A stretch of DNA of 64,000 nucleotides from Candidatus Cloacimonadales bacterium (GCA_963677495.2 CAXXOU010000003.1:32001-96000), one strand, 5' to 3'. Positions 10,443 to 22,900 are shown, counted from the first letter of the stretch. A program made the numbers and translations. Notes: generated by a model not told the origin, from the letters alone.

Positions 10443-10721
10443 ATGAAAAAAGATAATACCATTAAAGAAAGTACTATACTTGTAATAGTCATGATTCTAA
10501 TCATTGCCTTATTCACGATTGTCGGTTACTGGGATTCGATTGGAGAGCGTCAAGCAAAAGATAAAGCTGAATATTACAAAAAAGCTGATGCAATGCAGAA
10601 GAAAATGGAACGACAAAAGAAAGAGAGCTTTGATAGAATTGGTACATCTGGGGGAGTTAATGACTTTGTTAATCCAAAAACCAAGCTATCTGATCTAGAG
10701 AAAGAAAGAGGTAATAAGTAA
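10443..10721 (+). CDS. Small single-TM hypothetical protein
   Basis: One TM segment then charged tail. Confidence 0.6.
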   Translation: MKKDNTIKESTILVIVMILIIALFTIVGYWDSIGERQAKDKAEYYKKADAMQKKMERQKKESFDRIGTSGGVNDFVNPKTKLSDLEKERGNK

Positions 10722-10726
10722 TCTCA

Positions 10727-11146
10727 ATGTCCAGAAGAAGAAGGTTTGCAAGAAATAAACTACTTGTTCGTTTGATATTAATACTCCTCTTCCTCCTGTT
10801 GATATTCCATGTACTTGTTCTGTTTCAGGTAATACCATATAGCATTATATGGGGTGGGAATATTGACAATTTTCAAGCCCTAGTTCAGATGGAAACTATC
10901 TCCATTATAGCTACAGTTTTAATTTTTTTAATTACTTCCTTTGGGCTATCTTTTACCATTATCAAGGGAAGCAGTAGATATTCACTTCAATATCGGTATT
11001 CACTTTTGATAATTGCTCTTTTCTTTGTTTTCAATCTCATTACGAACATCATATCTAGGAATACTATCGAAAAGCTTATCTTCATACCAGTGACTTCAAT
11101 TTTCATCCTGCTATATCTTTCACTATTTAGGAACTTAAGTCGCTAA
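10727..11146 (+). CDS. Hypothetical 4-TM membrane protein
   Basis: IPYSIIWGG motif, hydrophobic segments. Confidence 0.65.
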   Translation: MSRRRRFARNKLLVRLILILLFLLLIFHVLVLFQVIPYSIIWGGNIDNFQALVQMETISIIATVLIFLITSFGLSFTIIKGSSRYSLQYRYSLLIIALFFVFNLITNIISRNTIEKLIFIPVTSIFILLYLSLFRNLSR

Positions 11147-11234
11147 TGCTGTTCATTTTCATAATATTATTAGCATCAAATTAATAAAAGAAGGCTGACG
11201 AGAATCTCATCAGCCTTAATGTCTATTATTGTAT

Positions 11235-11606
11235 CTAACTTTTAGTTCTAACAAAGAATTGGATTATCTGAGGTTGAAAAAACCATATATATAATCCTAG
11301 CAGAATGATTTGTAAAGTAAACAAAAGCCAAAAAACTCTCCTGAACGATTTCTTACTTGTTTTATGATGAAAGAGCCACTGTCCAACAATTGCGAAAGGT
11401 GTTCCACCGCAGAACATAAGCGTATGAAGAACAATCTCAGGTATTCTAGAATAGCCTTTGATAGCCATAAACTTATCTATACCATATGCACCGAAAGTTA
11501 CTAAATTAGCAGATAGTAACCATGAGAATACAGGACCTAAGTAAAGCCAGAAATAGAGTCCTGTTGCAACAGCTGCAATTATGATGAGAGTAGTTATTAT
11601 TCGCAT
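11235..11606 (-). CDS. DUF1294 membrane protein
   Basis: YGIDK...RIPE...GG...HHKTSKKSF. Confidence 0.85.
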   Translation of the reverse strand: MRIITTLIIIAAVATGLYFWLYLGPVFSWLLSANLVTFGAYGIDKFMAIKGYSRIPEIVLHTLMFCGGTPFAIVGQWLFHHKTSKKSFRRVFWLLFTLQIILLGLYIWFFQPQIIQFFVRTKS

Positions 11607-11607
11607 C

Positions 11608-12822
11608 TTACTTACTTTCTACCTCATATCTGAAAGTAACTTCCACACGTCTGTTTTGCTCTCTGCCTTCTTTAGTCTCATTATCAGCTATTGGCTTTAA
11701 CTCGCCAAATCCCAGAATTTCTTCAGTAAACTCTTTTTTACATTTCTGTTTGAGATATTGCACTACCGATTCTGCTCTTCGATAAGAAAGGTCATAGTTA
11801 TAATCTTCAGATCCAACACTATCCGTGTGTCCTGTAATCTTTACAGAAGAAGCAAGAACATTCTTTTCTAGCTTCTTGCAAAGAGCTTTTAAGATCTTAA
11901 TGTTCTCTTCACCAGTATTAAGTAAAGCAGAATCAAACTCGAAATTGAGTTGATATGTTTCAGAGAACGTCTCAATAGTTGGAGGTGGTGGTGGAGGTGG
12001 TGGGATAGTATAAGGTAGTTCTAAGTTCACTATTCTCGGGTATTCGAAGTATTTATCACTAGATTCTAAGGTGAACTTCGAAGGCTTAGATGTATGTTCC
12101 AAATATTTCGCAGAAATACCAGATACATTGTCTCCCATCTCATACTTAAACCAGAAATAACCTAAAGAGTCTGAAAGTGCTTTTTCGTTATCATTAGCAG
12201 AGACAACAGCATTACCAACAGGTTTACCTGTCATTGGATTCCAAATACGACCACTAATAATTTGAGTCCATGGATAAAATCGGTTTAAAATATCTATTTT
12301 ATTGTATTTAGGTACAATTGAAACAATTTCCCACAATGGTCCGGGATTCTTTCCAAATCGCTTGATTTGAGGACTCACGTTGATCAACGAACTAGTAACC
12401 TCTGTAGATTCAGGGGTAGGGTTGCAAATCATATAAGAGACAAGTGTCTTTCTTTTAAAAATCTTCACAATCACCGGTGGCATTTGCACCCCAATATCTG
12501 ACATGTGACTGTTCATTGAGAATGGGTTACGCAGATAGATACGGCATTGATCAACTATTCTTCCAGGTAATGATATTTGATATTTCTGCTTATCAAAGTC
12601 CATTGTACTTGAAGTTTTCTCAATCTTAACACCTGCAAGTCCTTGACTGCCCTGAATCGAGAATTCATCAACAACAATGCTATTATTGCCATCTTCGTCA
12701 ATCACATTAACATAAGGGTTTAATTCAATCTCCATTGAGCTAATCTCAAACTCAATGCGAAAATCAACAGCACTTAATGAAAGTGCGACTAATACTGCGA
12801 TAATTAGTAAATACTTCTTCAT
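11608..12822 (-). CDS. OmpA-domain peptidoglycan-binding protein with poly-Pro linker
   Basis: Signal peptide from MKKYLL; FEFDS, GHTDSVG, LSYRRAESV, NRRVEV. Confidence 0.85.
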   Translation of the reverse strand: MKKYLLIIAVLVALSLSAVDFRIEFEISSMEIELNPYVNVIDEDGNNSIVVDEFSIQGSQGLAGVKIEKTSSTMDFDKQKYQISLPGRIVDQCRIYLRNPFSMNSHMSDIGVQMPPVIVKIFKRKTLVSYMICNPTPESTEVTSSLINVSPQIKRFGKNPGPLWEIVSIVPKYNKIDILNRFYPWTQIISGRIWNPMTGKPVGNAVVSANDNEKALSDSLGYFWFKYEMGDNVSGISAKYLEHTSKPSKFTLESSDKYFEYPRIVNLELPYTIPPPPPPPPTIETFSETYQLNFEFDSALLNTGEENIKILKALCKKLEKNVLASSVKITGHTDSVGSEDYNYDLSYRRAESVVQYLKQKCKKEFTEEILGFGELKPIADNETKEGREQNRRVEVTFRYEVESK

Positions 12823-12874
12823 TATTTCTCCATTATTAAAAAAGGGCAAAGACTAGCTTTGCCCGAACTCAAAT

Positions 12875-14020
12875 TTATTCAAGCATCTTATAGTACGAAT
12901 CCATACGAGTACGTACTTTCTTTAGATAGTGTCTTGTTTCTTCCCAAGGAACATCTTTCCTGAGCTTCTTATACAGCTTTTCACTATCCATTTCGTTAAG
13001 ATCTTTCATCATCTTATCCCAACGTTTTTGACCAATCTTGTTCATACGACCGGTCATTGCTTTGTAGATAGTACCCCAACCACCATTGAAGCTACATGTC
13101 ACGGCATAATAAAGATTTCTTTTATTCTTAACTTTGGGCCATTTCTTTTCAGCAATCCAGTGAAGATAACCAATACCCATTTCGGCATTGAAGTCTGCGT
13201 CAAAGAGCTGTTTTGATGTTGGAGGTTTCTTCTTGTTGTGGATATATTTATTCATTGTTACACCGGCATATTTTGGTACAATCTGCATTAGACCATAAGC
13301 ATTACCATGACGGTTATAAGCTTTAGGATTAAATGATGATTCAGTCTCAATAATAGCAAGTGCTAAAGGAACATCAACCTTGAATTTCTCGCACATCTTG
13401 AAGACCGTTGGTAAATAATGACTAGCTCTTTTCTTTACCTGATTAGGTATAAGATCTAAATTGATCTTATATACTGTTCGCATCTTACCATCTTTACCTT
13501 TTACTTCTTCAGTCTTTGCATTCTCTACAACAGCTTCAGCAACTTTATCAAGGTTCTTTTCATCAATAACAGCTTCTTTGTCACCAGGTACTTCAACCTG
13601 ATCTTTAAGAATTGCATTACCGGTATCATCTTTCTCTTTAAGAATTGACTTTAACTGTTCTTTAACAATTGCTTTAGCTTTCTCTTTGCTTTTTTCCTCT
13701 TTAGGATCAACAACAGCTTCTACTTGTACTTTTCCCTTTTCAAAATCAACTTCACTACGTCCTTCGAAACCTTTAGTATAACTTACCCAGGTTTTAGGGG
13801 TTGATTCTTTGTAGTTTTTCCACATGTTCTCAATATCTTTCTTGTATTGAATGAAGAGGGAATCCTGTTGGGAATGGAAGTTCGCCATCTCCTTAGCTTC
13901 TTTCTCATAGAAGTTTTGGAAACCTTGTTTATCTTGTTTAGCAAAATCTTCGAATGAATCCTGGGCAAACAAACTCATTGCTAAAATGAGCAAAAGCCCT
14001 ACAAAAACTATCTTTCTCAT
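12875..14020 (-). CDS. Lytic transglycosylase, MltC-like (DUF3393 + SLT)
   Basis: VDFEKG, AIIETESSFNP, AYGLMQIVP, ETRHYLKKV; start at MRKIV after GGAGG. Confidence 0.85.
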   Translation of the reverse strand: MRKIVFVGLLLILAMSLFAQDSFEDFAKQDKQGFQNFYEKEAKEMANFHSQQDSLFIQYKKDIENMWKNYKESTPKTWVSYTKGFEGRSEVDFEKGKVQVEAVVDPKEEKSKEKAKAIVKEQLKSILKEKDDTGNAILKDQVEVPGDKEAVIDEKNLDKVAEAVVENAKTEEVKGKDGKMRTVYKINLDLIPNQVKKRASHYLPTVFKMCEKFKVDVPLALAIIETESSFNPKAYNRHGNAYGLMQIVPKYAGVTMNKYIHNKKKPPTSKQLFDADFNAEMGIGYLHWIAEKKWPKVKNKRNLYYAVTCSFNGGWGTIYKAMTGRMNKIGQKRWDKMMKDLNEMDSEKLYKKLRKDVPWEETRHYLKKVRTRMDSYYKMLE

Positions 14021-14209
14021 ATCTCCTCCAAATTTATTTCTAAAGTCTAATTGCAATAAAATGTATAATAGAATGATTGTTGTCAATATTTTTTCTTGTT
14101 TAAGATAATCATCAATCCGGTTGTTATAAGATTATGAAGACTCGTTTATAGGTACTTTGGAGAAATTAGTTTTGTTGATTCAGAAGTATAAAGTTATATT
14201 AATCCACAA

Positions 14210-16069
14210 TTACTCTTCTCTTCTAGCCAGTCTTTCTTCAAGTATCTGTATCTTTTCTCGCAATTCTTTCATCCTGAACTCTCTGCCAATAAACAAGTTA
14301 TTAAATCGTTTAAGCTCCTCATTCTTAACTTCCAGTTCGTTTGTACGCTGCTTAACAATATCCTCGAGTTTCATACTGTGCTCTTCAAGCTGCTTCTCAA
14401 TTTTCTTCATATCTGTTAGGTCAACAGCTTGAACTATCGCATTTATAACCTTTTTATTACTGTTCAGCACAGGTGTTATAACTGTTTTAACTGTTACATG
14501 CTTGCCATTTAGTGGTGCAATATGAGATACTTGCTTGAAATCGTAATCGATAATGAACTCTACGGTTTCACCATCATTGAATACCTTCTCAATTAAAGGC
14601 ATATGGCCTGATTCTTTGATTATATTGTCTTTGAAAAGATTATATTTGCCGACAACCTCTTCTCCATTAGTGCCAAAAAGCGACTTACTGGCAGGATTTA
14701 ACGAAACTAGTGTACCATTAGAATCTGAAATCCACATGCTGACGCTAGCTGATTCAATAATTGTGTTCAAGAATGTAGTTTTTTCTTTAAGGTCCCGCTC
14801 AATCTCTTTTTGATGAGTAATGTCTCTAACTATATGCACTATCCCATTTAACTGGTTATCATTGCTTAAAACAGGAGTAACAATAACCTCAAGCCATTTA
14901 CCATTAGTGTTGATTACCATAACCTCTTTATGAAAAGATTTAAACAAGCGTTTTGATGGGCAGTCAGGTAGTCTATAATCAGTTTTGTGAAAAATTTCAT
15001 TACATTTCTTATTCAGGATGTCCTCTGCCTGACAATTGAGCATGCTTAGGGTAGCTTTATTGTATTGAATAATCCTTGAGTCAGTGTTTAATAAGCATAT
15101 AGAGTCCGTGATTGAGTCAAAAGTTGAGTGCCATTTATTAATAACATCATGAAGCTCTTTTTCACGTATAATCACCTGATTATACTGATAATTCAATTCT
15201 TTAGTCTTTAACTGTATCTGTTTCTTTAAGAGGAAATATATGAGTAAGGATATAACTGCAAGAGTGAAGATTGAGATGCTTAAAAATTTAATCCACCTTG
15301 TTAACCTCTTTGATCTTCTATGTGCTCCCAGATGATGCCTTTTTGATGTATGATAGATTGAGTTTTCATTAGTCTTCATCTTAGACAACCAGGAGTCTAT
15401 TTTACCAATTAAAAACTCTCCTTTTGGACTTCTCTTGACAGCAGCATAGGAAAGCTTATATGGCTTTAGTTGTATTGGAGCAGCAATGAGCCCATACTCA
15501 TCAGCGTGACTATTACCATAATCTTTATTGGTTATTACAGCATCAACTTCATTATTTTCGATAGCAACAAAAGATTGTTTATATGTATCAAATTCCTTTA
15601 CATTTATCTTAATGTCTAGCCTTTTAGTTATGTCAACAAGCCCATTATCTCCAACAAGATTTAGACTCCCACGCATTCCGGCAATTGTAAGCCCCTCTAA
15701 GTCATACAGCGAGTTAAGGGGTTTATCTTTCTTTGTATAGACTTGAAACCAACTTAGAATTACATGTTCTGAAAAAGTGAAAGTTTTGACACGCTCAGTA
15801 GTAATACCGACATCTAAAAAAAGGTCTATTTCCCCCTTTTTAAGGTTCTCCATATGCTCATCAAAAGAGTCAAATACATATTCAACATCCCAGCCTTCCT
15901 GCAACGAAATAAAATCAGTAATCTCTGCCCATACTCCCTTCGGAGTGCCATCTTTACCCATGAAAATCTTGGGTGGATTATCGTAGATTCCTATTCTGAC
16001 AACCTCTTCGCAAAATATTAACCCTGAAAGCACAAGTAATAAAGAAATGGTAAGTATTCTAAGCTTCAT
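14210..16069 (-). CDS. Sensor with periplasmic solute-binding domain, TM and two PAS domains, no output domain
   Basis: IGIYDNPPK SBP domain; PAS ending VRDIT and AVDLT; ends in coiled coil NNLFIGREFRMKELREK. Confidence 0.85.
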   Translation of the reverse strand: MKLRILTISLLLVLSGLIFCEEVVRIGIYDNPPKIFMGKDGTPKGVWAEITDFISLQEGWDVEYVFDSFDEHMENLKKGEIDLFLDVGITTERVKTFTFSEHVILSWFQVYTKKDKPLNSLYDLEGLTIAGMRGSLNLVGDNGLVDITKRLDIKINVKEFDTYKQSFVAIENNEVDAVITNKDYGNSHADEYGLIAAPIQLKPYKLSYAAVKRSPKGEFLIGKIDSWLSKMKTNENSIYHTSKRHHLGAHRRSKRLTRWIKFLSISIFTLAVISLLIYFLLKKQIQLKTKELNYQYNQVIIREKELHDVINKWHSTFDSITDSICLLNTDSRIIQYNKATLSMLNCQAEDILNKKCNEIFHKTDYRLPDCPSKRLFKSFHKEVMVINTNGKWLEVIVTPVLSNDNQLNGIVHIVRDITHQKEIERDLKEKTTFLNTIIESASVSMWISDSNGTLVSLNPASKSLFGTNGEEVVGKYNLFKDNIIKESGHMPLIEKVFNDGETVEFIIDYDFKQVSHIAPLNGKHVTVKTVITPVLNSNKKVINAIVQAVDLTDMKKIEKQLEEHSMKLEDIVKQRTNELEVKNEELKRFNNLFIGREFRMKELREKIQILEERLARREE

Positions 16070-16455
16070 ATTATACTCACTTTGTTATGAAAAGTTAACA
16101 AATTACAGACACTTAACTATAAATATAAGGTTGAGTTATACTTGTCAATATTTTTATTATTAGCTGTTTTCTCAAGACTTTTCCCTCTATGCTCTATCAT
16201 AATTCTTGAGAGTCTCTTGGGCAATCCTAGGGCAAAACTTCATAATCACAAGTTGTAATACTCAAGAGAGTGATAAGCTTTTCATCAGCAAATCCAGTAG
16301 ATTTAATAACAATTATGAGAGGGCAATAAGGCGGAAATTAGGAAGCTAAATATCATTCTAGAAAAGTTAGAATAAACGAGATTGATTAGAAAATCATTGC
16401 CAAATAACAGAGACATTCAATTATTTGAATAAATTCAAATCTCGAAGGAGGCAAT

Positions 16456-17784
16456 ATGAATCCTCAGATGAAAACCTCTGTTAAGAGCATCATTCAGGAA
16501 TACCCAAACTTGAAGTTATCCATCGATTATGAAGAGTGGCAAACCGATTTTCTCAGGTTTTATAATAGCCAGGTAAACTATAATATATCAAAGCAATCTG
16601 TTTCTGTCGGTATCTCCGTATATGATGGTAAAAAATCATATTCATTCGGTATTACGGAACCAACTGAGTCTAAAATTAGAACCGGTATTGATAATGCCAT
16701 CCTCAAAGTAAAGGATTTACCGGAAGACCCTGATTTTGTTGATCTTGAGGACAATACAGAGATCGTAGAACCCAAAAATATTCCAAATAACATTGAGCTT
16801 CTCTCTCTAGAAAAGAAGATTGCAATCCTCGAAAAGATTGCAAAGATGGCTGAATCACATGGTTTTGGAATCTATGGCACATTCATCTGTAATGCTGTAT
16901 ACTATAATACACAGAACAGTAATGGTGTTGATAAAGAGGACTTCGGTTCTCCAATCATGCTTGAACTTAAAGCTGTGAAACATGATACGCAGGTTACAGT
17001 TTTAGAAACATTCGGTAGTGAGAACATGGAGCATTTCGATATTGATGGCTTCATTTCAAGACTTGAGCAGAAGATTATCTCTGCTAAACTTCCGGTAGAA
17101 GATGTAGAACCCGGATATTATGAAGTTGTACTTGCTCCCAGATGTATTGGTGAATTCTTATTCTACTTCCAAGGTTCAATGTCAGCTAACTCCTATGACA
17201 CTAAATCAAGCTTCTTCTTAGGTCAGGAAGATGAACAGTTGTTCCCAACAACTATCAATGTTTCAGACCAACCTAACCACCCTTACTTGATACATAAGAG
17301 TTATTATAGCGGTTATCCTGCAAATGATTTAGAGTTAATCAAAGAAGGTAAGTTTGCTAACTGGATGTGTTCAAACTATTATCATCATAAAACCGGATTA
17401 CCTAAGAATGGTAACCAGGGCAGATGTCTGGTGATGGAAACCGGTGATAAGACTGTTGATGAGATGATAAAAGGCGTTAAGAAAGGCATCTATATCTCAA
17501 GTCTGCACTATATGAACTTCATAAACTCACGAGAGACTTCACTTACTGGTCTCACTCGTGACGGTACATTCCTTATCGAAGATGGTAAGATTACAAAGGT
17601 ATTGAATAATCTTCGTTTTACAGAGAAGATTTCTAACGTCTTGAAATATACTACAGAGATTGAGAACCAATCCTACACAGTTCCATGGTCAAACAACTAT
17701 GGTACATTTGGGATAAACTCCAGTCGCACACCTCATGTGAAGGTGTCTAAGTTCCAGATCTCATCATCAACACACACAATATAG
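16456..17784 (+). CDS. pmbA: PmbA/TldE-like metalloprotease subunit
   Basis: YEVVLAP, LTGLTRDGTFLIEDGKI, NLRFTE; lacks HExxxH; paired with tldD. Confidence 0.8.
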   Translation: MNPQMKTSVKSIIQEYPNLKLSIDYEEWQTDFLRFYNSQVNYNISKQSVSVGISVYDGKKSYSFGITEPTESKIRTGIDNAILKVKDLPEDPDFVDLEDNTEIVEPKNIPNNIELLSLEKKIAILEKIAKMAESHGFGIYGTFICNAVYYNTQNSNGVDKEDFGSPIMLELKAVKHDTQVTVLETFGSENMEHFDIDGFISRLEQKIISAKLPVEDVEPGYYEVVLAPRCIGEFLFYFQGSMSANSYDTKSSFFLGQEDEQLFPTTINVSDQPNHPYLIHKSYYSGYPANDLELIKEGKFANWMCSNYYHHKTGLPKNGNQGRCLVMETGDKTVDEMIKGVKKGIYISSLHYMNFINSRETSLTGLTRDGTFLIEDGKITKVLNNLRFTEKISNVLKYTTEIENQSYTVPWSNNYGTFGINSSRTPHVKVSKFQISSSTHTI

Positions 17785-17793
17785 GGAGGTAAC

Positions 17794-19233
17794 ATGAAGA
17801 AATTAGTATATGATATTATCCGAAAACTGGACCTTCCTGAAGTGACTTTTGCTGATGTTCGCTTTACATCTACAGACAATAAAGGTATCTTCTTCCAACG
17901 TGGTAAACTCAAAGGTTACAGTGCTAATCTAGATGCTACTGCTCTTGGTATAAGAGTGCTTGTTGATGGTTGCTGGGGTTTTGCTGGTACAGACATTATT
18001 GATCCTACTAAAATCGATAACCTTATCAAGATTGCCATCAATAATGCTAAGCACGGCAGTAAGTTCAGGAAGTTCCCAGTTAAGTTTGAGAAGATAGCTC
18101 CTACAGTTGGCAGCTATTATTTTACACCTGAAATCGACCCATTCATGATGAGTGATGAGGAGTTTACCGGTTACTTTGAAAAGCTTTCTAAGATGCTTGT
18201 TGGCAATGAGAAGATTGTAAACTCATACGTGATGGGTAGTTTCTATCGTCAGTATAAAATCTATGCTAACACAGAAGGTACTTTCACGGATACTCTTGTT
18301 TACGATACAAATCCAATGATGATGGTCTTTGCCAGTGATGGTAAAAGTATGCAGACAAGAACCTATCCCGGTCATATGAATGGTCGTAGAGGTGGCTTTG
18401 AAGTTGTGAAAGGATATGAGTTTGAAAAGAATACTGAAAAGATAATCAAAGAAGCAATAGATCTTCTTGATGCTCCACGTATCGAAGAGGAAAAAGCTGA
18501 TATCATTATCGGTGGTGGACACTTAGCTCTTCAATTACATGAATCAGTTGGACATGCAACAGAAGCTGATAGAATCTTCGGTATGGAAATTTCTTATGCT
18601 GGTAAAACCTTTATTAAACCGGAGATGCTTGGCAACTTCAAGTATGGCTCTGATATCGTTAATATCTACTCTGATAGTACAGACCCAAGAGGCATGGGCT
18701 ACCATCTCGTGGATGATGAAGGTGTACCGGGTCGTACTGTTGATATTATCAAAGATGGTATCTTGTTAGATCAGCAGACTTCAAGAGAGATTGCTCCACA
18801 ACTTGGTGTGCAAGCCAGCTCTAACATGCTTTCATCTTATGCAGATGATTTTCCACTTATCAGAATGACAAACTTCTGTCTCGCCCCTGGACATGGTTCT
18901 CTTGATCAACTCATAAAAGAGACTGAAAAGGGTTACTTCATAGATTATACAAAGACTTGGTCTATTGATGATAATCGTAATAATTTCCAGTTTACTACTG
19001 AAATAGGTTATAAGATTGTCGATGGTGAGATTGTAGGAATCGTTAAAGAACCTACATACTTCGGTATTACTCCTGAATTCTGGGCTGCATGTGATAGAAT
19101 CTGCGGACCTGAAGAGTGGTTACATTTCGGCACATTCAATTGTGGTAAAGGTGAACCGGGACAGTCAATGCATCTGTCTCATGGTGTTGCACCTGCTCGA
19201 TTCAAAGATATTGTTGTTAACGTGAAAGCATAA
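17794..19233 (+). CDS. tldD: TldD family metalloprotease
   Basis: GIRVLVDGCWGFA, HESVGHATEADR, DDEGV, RMTN, NCGKGEPGQ. Confidence 0.92.
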   Translation: MKKLVYDIIRKLDLPEVTFADVRFTSTDNKGIFFQRGKLKGYSANLDATALGIRVLVDGCWGFAGTDIIDPTKIDNLIKIAINNAKHGSKFRKFPVKFEKIAPTVGSYYFTPEIDPFMMSDEEFTGYFEKLSKMLVGNEKIVNSYVMGSFYRQYKIYANTEGTFTDTLVYDTNPMMMVFASDGKSMQTRTYPGHMNGRRGGFEVVKGYEFEKNTEKIIKEAIDLLDAPRIEEEKADIIIGGGHLALQLHESVGHATEADRIFGMEISYAGKTFIKPEMLGNFKYGSDIVNIYSDSTDPRGMGYHLVDDEGVPGRTVDIIKDGILLDQQTSREIAPQLGVQASSNMLSSYADDFPLIRMTNFCLAPGHGSLDQLIKETEKGYFIDYTKTWSIDDNRNNFQFTTEIGYKIVDGEIVGIVKEPTYFGITPEFWAACDRICGPEEWLHFGTFNCGKGEPGQSMHLSHGVAPARFKDIVVNVKA

Positions 19234-19252
19234 CAAACTAATAAATCTATTA

Positions 19253-19279
19253 TGGGGTATAGCTTGCTATGCCCCTTTT
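19253..19279 (+). terminator. Rho-independent terminator after tldD
   Basis: GGGGTATAGC-TT-GCTATGCCCC-TTTT. Confidence 0.65.
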
Positions 19280-19957
19280 GTTATCGCTCAAGGTGACATA
19301 TCCTTTTTATTGAGTTAGTCACGACCAACGGGAAAACGGAATTCCTAAAAAGACCTAATCCTCGTACCAAGCTCGAGCCAATACACTGAAAGGAGTTCGG
19401 CTCCAAGCGAAAGATGGCAATATAACGTTTTTAAATATGATTACAGTAAACCTGCTGAAGTTCACTTGGCGTCGAAGTCGCAAGCTAAAGCATCAGACAA
19501 ACTCCATAAAACAGAATCCCTCCAAATCTGCCAATCTACCCTTCTATCACAATTAACAGGTCACTATTACCAATTTTAAACAGCATTGTATGTGCACTAT
19601 AATTGCCCCCGACCAAGAAAATGCTTCACCTGCAACCTTAGTTATGCACACGATGTGGATAACTAAGGCCTTCGCCAAGGAGGGTCCTTGGTGGGTCCTA
19701 AGTGGCTCCAATGTGGTTCCATGTTTTTAATTGGGGGCTAATCATGTTCATCAACGCAATGTTCATCAACGCATGGTGTCGACTGGATGTGTCGACTGGA
19801 TGTCGATGGATGTTAACTCAAACTCAGTAATCTTAAACAAACTATTGAGGAAATAGGTAATATGATATTACTCAGTTAAAGCCAAGATAAAAGCCCCTCC
19901 GAAAGGAAGGGCTTTAAGCTTGAACGACTTACAAAATCGTTATGTTTTGAATTATTA

Positions 19958-22900
19958 TTATCGAGTCGATTTCATGAATAGGGTAGACCCAGAGCTTTGT
20001 ACTGCTCTTCCACCAACTACAGCCACAACTCTGTAGAACTTATGTGCAACACTTCCTCCACCGGCATGAGTGAAATCACTTGTTGGTGTTGTTCCAATCA
20101 AAGTTGAAACACTTACTGTGAAGTATGGATTGTTATCAGCATATACTTTGTAAGATGTTACAGTGATAGGATTACCGTTAACATCAAGTACTACATCATC
20201 CCAATCAAGCAAAATGTCACCATTACTTTCTGTGACAGATGTGATAACAGGAGCAACAGGTGCAGCACCTCCGGCCATAAGAGCGGATATTTCAGGATAC
20301 AATGCAGTTGTATTACCTGCTAAATCAACAGCTCGAACTGTGAAGAAATACTGAGTTCCAGGAGTCAAACCTGTTAGTATAGTCTGCTGGAATGTCACAC
20401 CTATCTGACCCATATTAGGATCATCATCAACACTCCAGAGAGCATCATTCTCTGAGACACCTGTAGATGTAGAATAATACAACTCATAATGACTGAAGTA
20501 ATCATCAGCTGTGATTAACCAACCTAGGGTTATCTCTGTGTCAGCAGGGACTCCAACAACTGCGAATACAGTAATATCAGTAGGAGGAGTTGTATCGTAG
20601 ATAAAGTCAAATGACCAATCATCACTGATACCAATCTCATCCATAGTTCCTGAATAACCGTAGCCCATACTGTTCATGACTCTTATCTCATATTGATAAG
20701 TGCCACTATCAGTTGGGTAAACAGGTATTGAGATTTCAACACTGTCAGATCTTGTTGTTCTTACGTTACTTCTTGCAAGAGAAAGCTCTGGTTCAATATA
20801 GTTTACCCATGGTTCATTGTAGCTACCGTTTCTGTCGTAATCTACTCTGATTTGTACTGAGTTTAGGTTTATTGCTTCCTCATCAGTAATCTTACATGTT
20901 ACAACAGCTTCTTGCAGATTATTGTACTGAATCTCAGCAGGTGTAAGGTTCGTGATTTCAGGAGTAGGTGGTATAAATACAAAGTAATCAGCAACAGGGG
21001 TTGCATATACATCATAATCAACATGCATTCTGAAATACCATGTTGTTTCAGGATAAAGAGCAGTGATATTTATCTGAGTTGTTGTATCATTTAAGAATGA
21101 AGATTCTGTTGTTCCATCGATGATGATTGAACCGGTATATTGGTCATTATCAGCATATTCAAGCACAAATTGGTCGAATCTATCACCAGTAAACTCATCC
21201 CAACTAAGAATAAGCTCAGTAGGACTAATCAGCTCGGAAGTTATACCTGCAACTGCCGGCATAAAGATATGCTCAATAGCCCAGTCATCAATAATGCCTT
21301 CGTCACCATTTGTTCCTGAATAACTGTAACCGTGACCATAACTGTCCATAGCTCTGAACTCGAATTTGAAGATTCCACTACTTGGTAGTGTAAGGGCAAC
21401 ATCAATAGATTGTGTATCTCTTGAGTCTAATGCTGAACGGATAGGAAGTGTATAGTCTTCCCAAGACTCATCGTATACATCATTCAGGTTATAATCAACT
21501 CTATACTGGATTGAGTTCATATCGATATCTTCTAAATCATCCATAGTCACAGAGATTGTAGCTTGATGATTATCATTCACGACAGGGTCGGTAGTAGTGT
21601 TATTTGTAAACACCGGACCGGTTGAGAGGTACTGAGTTACATAGTCAGTAAACTCACCTTGATAGCTTTCGAAGACGATTCTTGCCCTGAAGTACCACAT
21701 TGCATTTGATGCAGGTACATTAACTTCTACTGATGTAGTGGTTTGCACACCTAAATCAGCATAATCAGCGGAGGTTAAGCTAACAGCATTAGTGAAGTAC
21801 TCATTGTCAGCCATTTCAACCTCAAATGTTGAGAACTGTTCGCTTGCATATTCATCCCAACCAAGTAGAACTGAGTTTGTACTTGCTGGAGCAACTGTAA
21901 GGTTTTGCAAAGAAGGTAGTGTGATATCATCGACAATACCATTAATGGAGAAGTTATCAATTATCCAATGATTATCACTTAATTCAGATGCTGAATATAG
22001 GAATCGGAATTGGACGTTGCCTTGATAATTTAGAGCATCAAGTGCAAATGATTCGAAACCTGTAGCAGTTACTAAATAAGATGATACATCTGTCCAGGTT
22101 CCACCATCAATAGAGTATTGGAAATTTGCTGTAGTGGTTCCAGAAGTTGTTAGGAAATCATGTTCGAAACCAATTTCTATATCTCTAACACTGCTTAAAT
22201 CATAAAGAGGAGTTAACAATCTTTCATTACAAGATGCGAACAATGAGTTAGATACATTTACAGTATAATTAGTTTCAGCAACTAAAGTTGCAGTCCATGG
22301 ATTAGTAGTAGTTCCCAAATGTTCAGTTGTCCAACCTGTTGGTAAAGCACCAGACTGATCAAAGTCTTCACTAATAAGGTAATCATCAAGAACTTCCACA
22401 TAGAAGGAATCAACGCCAACCGCATTACCACTATCCTGACCATAGAAATAGAGCATTTCGCCACCATCAAAATCAACAACAGGTGTGATCTGAGCTGTGT
22501 TATCAGGATTAAGTGTAATGTTGAAGTTTGGTGTAGTACCAAAACTAAGAGATAAAGATGTATCCTCGACATCTGTGAATACAGTATCAAGGTCGATTAG
22601 GTTGATAGATTCATCTGATGTAATTACTTCAGAAGCTATTGGATTAACAACTGTTGGAACATCATTTACCGATAATACTCTTACAGTGAGTTCTGAAATC
22701 CATGTACCATCAGCATCGTAGATATCAAGAACTTCTGTTCCATACCAGTTCTCAGTTGCTGAGAATGTGATGTCCTCATTTGCAAGTAACACACTAACTT
22801 CTGTATTGCCTGTCCAGGATGCTACAGCTTGCTCTTTGAAGCTATTTACAACAGTTAATGTTGTATCTTCGTTAAACTGGACTGCCGGTTCCATCTGTAT

